DNA of 64,000 bases from Naegleria gruberi (taxonomy: Eukaryota): the NCBI GenBank assembly GCA_000004985.1, contig GG738848.1; one strand, written 5' to 3'. Position 1 is the stretch's first letter. The number at the start of each line of letters is the position of its first letter. A model generated the notes under the pieces. The model saw only the letters and a list, made by a program, of their open reading frames with translations. It was not told the DNA's origin and did no database searches. A program made the position numbers and the translations under genes. This document shows, one piece after another, positions 45,038 through 54,559 of the stretch.

Positions 45038-45709
45038 GTTATTGTATTTTAATTTGTTTGTTCAATTAAAACTCGATATCTTTTGGTTTTATAGGAATTC
45101 TAAACTTGGAACTCAATAAATGCGACAGTAATACACTCAACGTTGGTCAACTCTTCCAAATTGAAATGGAAGAAGAATTAAGGATTGCGGATTTAGAGTT
45201 CATAAAACAAGTTCTTTTAGAAGTTTGTGTTTTTCTTTTCAGAGAAGTAATTTGGTCATTGAAAATATGGCCTAGTAATGAAATTTCTCAAACAGTTGAA
45301 GCTGAATCTTTTTATGTATAAATTGAAATTGGTAATTTATATACAATCTGCATTTTATTCTAATTGGCTGGGTTCAATAGTTTCGAATAAGATTACGATT
45401 GTAATGATCATGATGATTGGAGATTGAAAGTCGTTTCGACCAAGAAGATCAATAGATCTGATCTTGACAACTGTAATTCTTGGAAACAAATTGTAATAAT
45501 ACATGTTAATATTATTATAATAAATATTGTAAAATGTTTGAGGAATAGTTTTATCAGAAATCAACCGAATCACATGCTGATGTGTAATATTTTTCTGCAA
45601 CGTTACAATTTCCATTGGATAATTTGCCCAATGAATTCATCCAAATCCGACAATACCTGAAGAAATTGATTAACACTTCAAACGTCAACTGTTCAAAAAA
45701 AAAATCAAC

Positions 45710-48700
45710 AATGTTTGGTTCGCAAGTAGGGGGCGTAAATGACTTGGCAGGGGAGTATCCAACACTTGATGTGAGCACTCCAAGATCCTCGGGAGGTTCT
45801 TTCGCCACAACATCTTCTTCATCATCCAATGTTTCGAATATTGTTGATATTTTCAATTCGAAAGAAAAATTAATAGTTATTGTTGATTCCATTGACAATT
45901 ATAAAAATTCAGAAATCTACGGATCATCAACAGTTGCTTCTTCTAATAATTCAACAAATGATCAAGCAGGTGTTTATGTTCGAGTCAATTTTGACAATCA
46001 AGTTAGAATAACAGGTGTTAAAACATTTTACAGTAATACAAATCCTTGGAATATTAAATTAGGTAAAAGAGTTATTATTCCGTATGGAATTAGTGCTTTA
46101 CAAAGTGGAAAGTTATCAATTGAAGTATTCGAAACACAGACAGGTGAAGCCAAAGTACAAATAGATAAAAGATTGGGAAAGACTGAACCAATCAAAATTA
46201 ATGTAAGTTTTTGTTTTTTTGAATGAATTCATATTTATTGATGCTTTGACTAATTTGTAAAATAATAATAAATTATTATTAAAATATTTTACAAAATTAA
46301 AATTGGAAAATATTAGGTATTCGATATGAATCATCCAGTTGAATTTTCACTCAATTTAAGTGATGATGTTCAAGTACAATTTAGATTTATGAGAGCTCCA
46401 CTTGCCAATAAGGGACATTATAAAGCAATGGAAAGAAGTATCTATTCACTTCTTTTGAAAATGAAGCAATATGGTGAAAATGCACTTTCTAGAATTAATA
46501 ATCCAGAAGAAGATGATGATGATTACGATCCAGAGAAGGAAGAGGAAGAAATCTCAACAAGACAACCAAAAATACTCAAATCTGGATTCATGTTAAAAAG
46601 AGGACAGGGTAATTTTGCCAAGTGGGCTCGTCGTTATATTGAATTGGATGATACACTCTTATTGAAATATTATGCATCTGATTCAGAGGAAGATAGGAAA
46701 GAACCTCTAGGTATTGTTGTTATTGACAGTGATGCAATGGTTTATGTGCCACGAGATGAAGCCATGGAAAAGGAATTACAAAAACAAAAGAATATTGAAA
46801 AATCAAAGGAATTTGTCTATTACAATCAGGCTCTATTGGATGAAGATGATGCACAGAACAGTTTTGAGAGTATTGACGATTTGGAAGCTGACGAACAACA
46901 AACCATCAACATTATTAGAAGAAAACGTAGAGAATTGGAAAGAAGAGGTCCAATGCTTGATTTGGATGAATTATATCCTTATTATTTACTTGCTTCTAGT
47001 GAAAGTGAAAGAGATAGAACACTCATCATTGATGAAATCATTGAATCAATTGAAAAGGAAGAGTCTGGTGAATCAGTCACTATTAAATCTCACACAAAGG
47101 AAGAGAGAAAATTGGAAAAATTCTTAAATTTGGTAAATCCAAAAGGTTTCAAGTTTTCCCTTCAATGTCAAACTAGTTTCAGTAACGGAAAGGAACATAA
47201 TTTGAGAGAGCATCAATTCATTACTGATTCTGAAGAAGCTAGAAAGGAATGGATAACTGCTATCTGTGAACACATCTTACTCGAAGAAAAGAGAACTGAT
47301 TTGAGAGATCCTGAAGAAGAAATTCACTCCAAGATTTTCCCATATCTGGACTTTTTCGAATTATTAACAACTGAAACACCACTTCAAGAAGTTGTCAGAT
47401 GTTTCAATTCCTTCCAACTCAATGTTTCTGAAAAGATGGTTGCTCCTCTGTTAACACTCTTTGATGCCTCTGATTCACCAAAGACAAGTGTGGAATTTGT
47501 CAAAAGTGCCATCTCTGTCGAAGTTGACAGTGCAGAATCTGCTGGTACCCTTTTCAGAAGAAACAGTTTATCATCCAAATTGGTAACCTTATTCTTTAAA
47601 GTTTTTGGTTTGCGTTATCTCACCAAAACTATTAAACCATTCCTCATGAAACTCATCAAGGAAAATAAGAGTTATGAAATTGATGACGAAAAGGTTGCAT
47701 CAGATATTGCTGATAAGAATGCTGAATTATTGAAGGGAATTTGTGATGAAGTGTTAAATTTGATTATCAATTCAAAGTATGAATGTCCACCTCAAATCAG
47801 AGAAGTCCTAGCTCATACTTTTGAAGAATCTGAGCAAAAGTATGCAGCAAGTGGTGAATTGTGTGTTGGTGGTTTGCTGTTTTTGAGATTCTTCTGTCCT
47901 GCCCTTGTTACTCCACAACTTTTTGGTTTAATTAAGGATTCACCACCAAAGAATGTTCAACGTACATTAACATTATTGACAAAGATTCTCCAAAATATTG
48001 CCAATCAAATTAGAACTAGTGAAAGTAAGAAGGAAAAATTCATGAAGAGAGTTGAGGCCTATACTGGTGCTCAAATTGACAGTGTGAAGGATTTCTTGAG
48101 AAGTATGTCAGAAGAACCAAAGAAATATGTCAGAGAAACTAAGGAAATAGTTCCTGATCTCATCAAATTACAAAGTTTGGAATTTATTGCTCACCACTTT
48201 GGTGAAGCATTTACCAAAAAGTATTACAATTTCGAAAATGATATCATTACTGAGGCCACATTCCACAAGTTTGCCAATCGTTTGGCACTCATCTCTAAAG
48301 CAGGTCTCGATAAGAAAATCAAACAACTTTCACAAGATGATCCAAATGCCCTGGTGAGACCTTCAACTAAATCCACTTCATCCAATACTACTGGCGGTAG
48401 TGCTGGGAGTAGCAGGCCCAATCTCAGTATTTCAACTCAAAATCCATCGCCTTCTAAGACGATAAACTCACCCACTACCAAATCTCACTCTCCACACACT
48501 GTTTCCTCACCAAAACCAAAATGTGCCTCTCCTTCCACTTCTCCACTCACAACAACTGATAAACAACAACCAACCACTCCTCGAGGAATTACTTATAAGA
48601 ATCGTTCACCATCTGTCTCTGTAAACGATGTAGGACGTCTCACAAAGAATGTGAAAAAGATTGGTGGAACTGAATGGGACAGAAAAAGAGAAAGGAGAGC

Positions 48701-48893
48701 TGGAATCATAGTCAACCCAACCACATCAACTGCATCTTCATCAACTGATACAACTGCTACTACTAGTGCAACAACTTCCAATACTTCCGACTCCACAACA
48801 ACCTCAACAACAGATTCTTCTGCATTATCAAAGAGAGGTTCCATGAGAATTTTCAAACGTGTTGGAAACTCAAATTCCTCTCTCTATGATTAA
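45710..48893 (+). CDS. Ras GTPase-activating protein with C2-like and PH domains; two exons, 45710..46204 and 46317..48893
   Basis: ATG at 45710; the ORF-track start at 45615 is TTG. The donor aat|gtaagt and a 112-nt intron to attag| join in phase (..PIKIN-VFDMNHPVEF..). The PH domain is KSGFMLKRGQGNFAKWARRYIELDD...VVID. The RasGAP arginine-finger motif is TLFRRNSLSSKLV and the signature is FLRFFCPALVTPQLFGL. The C-terminal S/T-rich tail has homopolymer runs. Confidence 0.85.
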
Positions 48894-48988
48894 ATTTGGA
48901 AAACTCATTCCACAAAATAAATAATGTTAAATAAGAATCCATCCAATAATACCATTAGTTGAAACATTGTTTGCTACCTTAAACATTT

Positions 48989-49464
48989 ATGGAACTTGAA
49001 CTTATAAAAAAAATGGCGCAACAAGTTGTTCACTTGATAACGAAAGATAATGTCGCGCACACGCTTGAGGATGTAATCGTGATGAGTAGAATGTGGGAAA
49101 AGCTAAAGGATTCGGATGGTGAGGAAATTGTTAGTATTCACCTTCCGAATATTAATCACTTGACTTTACAAAAAGTTATTGAATATTGTGAGTATTATTC
49201 TCTACCTGAAAGAGTTGAAAGAAAGTTTCCAATGATGGGGACAAGGAAGGAAGAAATCAGTGATTGGGACAATCAGGTTAGTAATTGGAAAGTAAATTTT
49301 AATGAAATAATGTGAGATAGTTTTTAGAATTGGATTCGGCTCTATTGATTGATATTGCATTATCTGCCAACTATTTGGATATTACAAAGTTAGTGAACTC
49401 TTCATGCTTTAAGATTGCTTCATTAATTGAGAATGAAAACAGTAGTATACTGCAGGGTGAGTAG
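48989..49464 (+). CDS. SKP1: Skp1-like protein; exons 48989..49276 and 49321..49464 if it ends at the TAG; see the finding on the alternative splice into the DUF4116 ORF
   Basis: Exon 1 matches the Skp1 POZ region (..DSDGEEIVSIHLPNINHLTLQKVIEYCEYY..ISDWDNQ). A 44-nt intron (cag|gttagt ... gatag|) joins it to FLELDSALLIDIALSANYLDITKLVNSSCFKIASLIENENSSILQ, which matches the Skp1 dimerisation helix [37 protein letters not shown]. Confidence 0.6.
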
Positions 49465-49498
49465 GATGTTGACATTTTGTCTCTTAATCAACATTTAG

Positions 49499-50583
49499 AA
49501 TTACTGCAATGTACTAGTCTAGATTTCTATTATGACGAAGATGGTAATCATGTTTCTGATTTTATCATTGATTCAATTAGAGATAGGTTTTTTATAATCA
49601 TTCGTGTATTGGGCATTGTGCTATTTAGTTTTAATTCGTTTACAATAATTCTGGACAAGTTAAGGTTTTGGGAAAATAGAGATTTCTGTATGGAGGCAGT
49701 CAATAATGATGGAACATTACTTCGTTATGTTTCCAGCTATCTTAAGAATGATAGAGAAATTGTTTCCACAGCTGTCAATAATACTGCTTATGCACTTACA
49801 TATGCACCAACACAGTTTAAAGAGGACAAGGAAATGATTTTGCAAGCTGTGAAACAAGGTGGAGATATTTTACATTTGGTACCTACAGAGTTACGGAACG
49901 ATAGAGAAATAGTTGAGCAAGCAGTAAAGAAAAATGGAATGGCCATAAAGAATGTATCAGAAGAGTTGAGGAAAGATAGGAATACTGTTTTAGAGGCTGT
50001 CAGGCAAAGTGGTTGGGCGTTTCAAGAGGTTCCAGAAGAATTCAAGAAGGACAGAGAGATTGTTTTTGAGGCAGTTAAGCAAACACCACAAATGCTCGAA
50101 TTTGCTGATACTGGACTGGTTAATGATAGAGAGTTCATCTTACAGATTATCAAGAACAATGAAAATATCTTGGAATATGTTTCAGAATCATTTAGGAATG
50201 ATAGAGAGTTCATCCTTCAAGCTGTGAAAGTTAGAGGTTTTGTGCTTTCTCATATTCCAGAGGAATTGAAGAAAGACAGAGAAATTACATTGGAAGCAGT
50301 TAAAGAAAATGGCCTTGCTATTCAAGCAGCACACGAAGACTTTACAAATGATAGAGAAATTGTTTTGGAAGCCATCAAACAAGATGCCAAAGCTTGGAAA
50401 CAATTATTAGAAGAATGTAGAGACAGTGCCGAAATGCAAATAGAATTATTTGGTTTGGCTCTCTACTCCGCTTCACAAGAATTGAGAAATGATCCTGAAA
50501 TTTCCCAATTTGCATCCCAAGAATATGGAGAAGAAATACTAGAACTAGGCCAGAGTTATCTCAATCCTCCCCCAATGGAATAA
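49499..50583 (+). CDS. DUF4116 repeat array (about six ~50-aa repeats, xxLRNDREIVLEAVKQNG.AL..V.EE); probably continuous with the Skp1-like exons upstream
   Basis: The repeats have the DUF4116 signature (LKNDREIVSTAVNN..; LRNDREIVEQAVKKNGMAIKNVSEELRKDRNTVLEAVRQSGWAFQEVPEEFKKDREIVFEAVKQ...). The ORF-track start at 49477 is TTG. The first in-frame ATG is about 70 codons in, inside the repeat region. Confidence 0.6.
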
Positions 50584-50602
50584 ACTATTTCTTAATAGTT
50601 GT

Positions 50603-52246
50603 TTATTCGCAGGTATCAAGATCTTCTTCATCAATATAGAAAGCAAATCCACTTCCTTTCAGTAAATCTTTACCAAATACCTTTTTGAATTCTGCAATTC
50701 TTTTTCTTGCATCAGTAGATAATGGTAACATGTTGAGTAATTGGCTTGGAATAATTTCTCTATTGAAGAAGATTGATAATCCATCATTCTCTTCAAATTC
50801 CAATCCTCGTTTCTTTTCAGCCTGTTCATTGAATGTAAAGTATTTGTTTTCTTCCAACTTGCTCTTTAATTCATCGTTCAAAGGTACCCATGTATAGGTA
50901 TCAAAACAAAGAATTTCACTTGGGCTGTATTGACCCTTGTATTTCATCTTTTGGCAACTGTGAATATAAAATCCAAGATAGTAATATTTAAAATTTGGGA
51001 ACTTCTCACTTTCCTTCTTGATCATTTCAATTTCTGTAAGTGCAGAGTAAATACCAAGTGATAAATCCGAGTAGTCAGCATCGTAAAAGAAATAGACAGA
51101 GCTCAATCCAGTTGGAAGAACATCTAGAACGCTCACAGCAATCAATTTGTTGTCCAATCTGTATTGGAGATGGAATGTACCATATCCTTTCAATGGTTTC
51201 TTGTCTGATGTGGAATCTGTATCCACGTTCAACAAGCTAGAGTCACAGAGGAATCTCTGGTATCCTTTTGGAGTGCTATCATCTTCTTTGTGGACGATCT
51301 TTTGATACTTTTGATAGAGTTTGTATTCCTCTTCTCTATATTCAGAATCCATTAGAACTGTCTTGATTTCATGTAGTCTAGGATGAATCGCCTCTTTTTG
51401 AGTCGACTCTTTTTGCTTGGATTGTTCAAAATTTTTCTTTAACTGTTTGTCCAAAAGTTCAATATTAATATATCCGTTTTCTTCAATCTTGATAGAAATG
51501 TGATACGTTTCTTCCCATGAATGTTCATTAAGAAGTGAAACAATTTTTTCAGCCAATTCTTTCTTTTCAATTTCCTTGCAACCAAATTTCTTTTGCAATC
51601 CAAAGATTGAAAATGCTATTGGTGTTGACAATAAGTTTGGATTCTTCTGATTGGTTTGAATTCTTTGTTTTTCAAAAACTTGTTCTAATTGCTCTTTCAA
51701 TTTTTCTGTATTGTTACAGCCCTCAAATAAATCAACAATTTTTTGCATATTTTCCTTCAATAATTTTCTAAAATTATTGGTAATAGTTTCTACAATTGAA
51801 TTTTCATCCTCGAATTTTCTCTTTTTTGGATCTTTTTCACTTGTAGAGCTGTTATTATTTTCCTTCGATTCTTCATGATGAAAGGTACCCGTTTCCAAAT
51901 ATTTATCCATCTTTTTCATCACCTTTTTCTGATTCTTATTCATTTTAAACTCCAAACAATTTAACCTAATAGCATATTGTGGACAACATGTCTTATCATT
52001 CTGTGGTTGATAATAATACACTCCCGATCTTCTCATATTATGATACATCATCTTTTCATAAATATTGGCAGGAAGTTGATAAACGTGAAATCCAACACTC
52101 ACAGAGGTATCGGGAGTTCTCACATTCTTACCCGACTCATCTAATGTCTTACAATAACCACAACTATGAGCATCCTCTCCGTGAAAAATAATTGGACAAT
52201 AGTGTTGTTGTGGTTGCTTTTGTGCGGATCGATTTCGTTGACTCAT
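50603..52246 (-). CDS. ATE1: Arginyl-tRNA-protein transferase (ATE1; N-degron pathway); single exon, 547 aa
   Basis: The ATE_N Cys cluster is present (CGYCK..., ...DKTCCPQYAIRL). The ATE_C motifs are FHLQYRLDNKLIAVSVLDVLPTGLSSVYFFYD and YYLGFYIHSCQKMKYKGQYSPSE. ATG at the complement of 52244-52246. Confidence 0.85.
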   Translation of the reverse strand: MSQRNRSAQKQPQQHYCPIIFHGEDAHSCGYCKTLDESGKNVRTPDTSVSVGFHVYQLPANIYEKMMYHNMRRSGVYYYQPQNDKTCCPQYAIRLNCLEFKMNKNQKKVMKKMDKYLETGTFHHEESKENNNSSTSEKDPKKRKFEDENSIVETITNNFRKLLKENMQKIVDLFEGCNNTEKLKEQLEQVFEKQRIQTNQKNPNLLSTPIAFSIFGLQKKFGCKEIEKKELAEKIVSLLNEHSWEETYHISIKIEENGYINIELLDKQLKKNFEQSKQKESTQKEAIHPRLHEIKTVLMDSEYREEEYKLYQKYQKIVHKEDDSTPKGYQRFLCDSSLLNVDTDSTSDKKPLKGYGTFHLQYRLDNKLIAVSVLDVLPTGLSSVYFFYDADYSDLSLGIYSALTEIEMIKKESEKFPNFKYYYLGFYIHSCQKMKYKGQYSPSEILCFDTYTWVPLNDELKSKLEENKYFTFNEQAEKKRGLEFEENDGLSIFFNREIIPSQLLNMLPLSTDARKRIAEFKKVFGKDLLKGSGFAFYIDEEDLDTCE

Positions 52247-52526
52247 TTTTTTTGATCTTTAAATAAATAAAATTCCACCAATAAGAATAACATTAATGAG
52301 TTGATCATTACAAAATTGTTTTGAATAGAAGATGGAATTGAGAAAACAGTTATTGTTAGATGGGACAAATAGTCTATACTGAATAAGCAGTGTCGGATAA
52401 TAGTTAAACACGTTTGTGAAATGTCCACCAACATTTAATAGTCGTACATTTACACGTGTTTCGAATGGTTTGTGGAATTATTTAACAAGCTCACATTTTG
52501 GTCATTCTTTGAAAATCAAAAACAAA

Positions 52527-53717
52527 ATGCAAACCCAAGTTATAATTATTGGTGGTGGAATTGGTGGATTGGCTCTTGGACAAGGTTTGAAAAAAGCTGG
52601 AATTTCTTTCATAATATGTGAAAGGGACCTGTCAAGAGATTATAGACCTCAAGGATATAGATTACGTATTAGTTCAGAAGGACATGATGCTCTTGAGAAG
52701 TTGCTACCAACAAATGTTTGGGAATTATTCAATAAGGTCATTATTACAAACAAGTTAAAGTTTACAAATATTGATGCATTGGAGGGAAAAGTTGTTCCAA
52801 TGGAGAGATCTCCACCGAATCATGCTGATCCAAATAAGCCAAATACTGCTGATAGACATGTTCTTCGTGCATTGTTGATGTTTGGTTTGGAAGATGATGT
52901 TAAATTTGGATGGGAATATCAAGAACATCAGTTGACCAATGATGGTGTTAGGGTTTTCTTTAAGAATGGTCAAACAATTGAAGGTAATATTTTGGTAGCA
53001 GCTGATGGTGCCAATTCCAAAGTTAGAGTGGCAGAAATTCCTGATCACAAACTTTTGGACACTGAAGGTAGAGCCATATTTGGTAAAACTCTTCTTACTA
53101 ATGAACTAGAATCCAAATTTCCAAAGGAAGGTCTTCAGAACACAACCATGATCACTCAATCTGAACCACTGGTTAATTTATTTCTCGAACCAGTTTCCTT
53201 CACTCATGATCATGAAATGATTTCAGGAGGAAAAATCCCTAAACCTCACAACTATGTTTATTGGGTTCTTGTTTTGAATAGAGTCAATTTAGAGTTACAA
53301 GATAAGGAACTATTTCAATTATCAAAGGAAGAATTGAAGAAATATGCTCTTCAATTGACAGAAAATTGGAATGGCAGTGTTAGATCATTAATTGAACTTT
53401 CTCAAGAAAGTGAAAGCTCTTTTATTAGAATCTCATCTTTTTCACCAAATATTCCAGAGTGGAAAACTGAAAGATTGACCTTTGTTGGAGATTCCATTCA
53501 TGCCATGACTCCAATTGGATTGGGAGCAAACCTAGCTATGAAAGATGCTGCAATTCTATGCGACTGTCTTGTCAAGAATGGAATTAACAAGGAATCCCTT
53601 AGAATTTATGAGAAGGAAATGAAACTCTATGCTGAAGAGAACATTAGACTATCAAGACAAGGAGGTTTCAGATTATTTAGACAACCAGAATTTGAAAACT
53701 GTAAATTTATTCAATAG
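52527..53717 (+). CDS. FAD-dependent aromatic-ring monooxygenase (salicylate hydroxylase / zeaxanthin epoxidase-like)
   Basis: The true ATG is at 52527 (MQTQVIIIGGGIGGLALGQ, the Rossmann GxGxxG). The ORF-track start at 52416 is GTG. The DG motif is VAADGANSKVR and the FAD-binding GD motif is FVGDSIHAMTPIGLGANLAMKDA. Confidence 0.8.
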   Translation: MQTQVIIIGGGIGGLALGQGLKKAGISFIICERDLSRDYRPQGYRLRISSEGHDALEKLLPTNVWELFNKVIITNKLKFTNIDALEGKVVPMERSPPNHADPNKPNTADRHVLRALLMFGLEDDVKFGWEYQEHQLTNDGVRVFFKNGQTIEGNILVAADGANSKVRVAEIPDHKLLDTEGRAIFGKTLLTNELESKFPKEGLQNTTMITQSEPLVNLFLEPVSFTHDHEMISGGKIPKPHNYVYWVLVLNRVNLELQDKELFQLSKEELKKYALQLTENWNGSVRSLIELSQESESSFIRISSFSPNIPEWKTERLTFVGDSIHAMTPIGLGANLAMKDAAILCDCLVKNGINKESLRIYEKEMKLYAEENIRLSRQGGFRLFRQPEFENCKFIQ

Positions 53718-53840
53718 TAATAGTTAGGAAGAACAAGATTTTAATTAGCTTAGAAACTTATTCAACACTTAAAATCTTTACAATACTTCTGCAACTTTCA
53801 ATGTCGAATTTGAAAATAAACAAATTTAACACATAAAAAA

Positions 53841-54458
53841 ATGTCTCAAATACCTCCATCATCATCAACAACAACACTTTATGCTGTTCAATTCAGTGGT
53901 CATATTGATCTAACAGAGGAGGAATTCAAACAATACTATCTATCACATCTGGAAGAAAGTATTTCCAACAATGAACAAATCTATGTGGGGGGAGCAAAAG
54001 GCGCTGACGAATTAACACAAAAATTTGCACAAAAATTGATTTCCGAAACTAAAACGAGTTTCAAATTAATGATTGTTTGTGATTTGAAAAATGATGATTT
54101 TCGAGTGGATAAGAGATTTGACTGTAGGAAGGGATTTTTGAATCATACAGCACGTGATGAAATGATGACAAAGAATACCTCAAGAGATGTTGCCTTCATT
54201 CGATACAAGCCAATGTCATTGGGAAGTGGAACGTTGGCTAACATTTTGAGGAGACAATTTGGATCTAATATCAGTAAAAAGTTTAAGAGACATGCAAGAG
54301 ATTTGTATGCAAAGGCAACAGATCAAGAATCGAAAGAATTATTTGATGAAATAATTGAAACATTCGTGAAGAATATGGAATCTATGAAAGGCAAGTATGG
54401 ATTAGAGAAATTGCCCCAAGTTATTCATTCACATACAATGGGATACGGTAATAATTAG
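53841..54458 (+). CDS. Hypothetical small protein with a possible SLOG-like (YpsA/DprA-type Rossmann-like) core
   Basis: ATG at 53841. The pattern LYAVQFSGH...IYVGGAKGADELTQKFAQKL...KLMIVCD resembles the strand / G-G-x-x-G-x-D-helix / strand core of SLOG-family domains. This is a weak assignment made from memory of the motif. Confidence 0.25.
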   Translation: MSQIPPSSSTTTLYAVQFSGHIDLTEEEFKQYYLSHLEESISNNEQIYVGGAKGADELTQKFAQKLISETKTSFKLMIVCDLKNDDFRVDKRFDCRKGFLNHTARDEMMTKNTSRDVAFIRYKPMSLGSGTLANILRRQFGSNISKKFKRHARDLYAKATDQESKELFDEIIETFVKNMESMKGKYGLEKLPQVIHSHTMGYGNN

Positions 54459-54559
54459 AATTTAAGGAAATTTCACAATATAAATTACAGTCGTTTAATA
54501 AATTAAGTTATTTCTTATTTCCAAACTGTTGAGAAATATGTGTTAAAATAATTAAATAT

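Noticed and set aside
45106-45321. ORF 45106..45321(+), 71 aa
   Set aside because: It is short with no motif, and lies in the promoter region between two confidently called genes. I cannot support it as coding.
46714-47127. ORF 46714..47127(+) within the RasGAP gene
   Set aside because: It is in a different frame from the continuous RasGAP reading frame that carries the conserved motifs.
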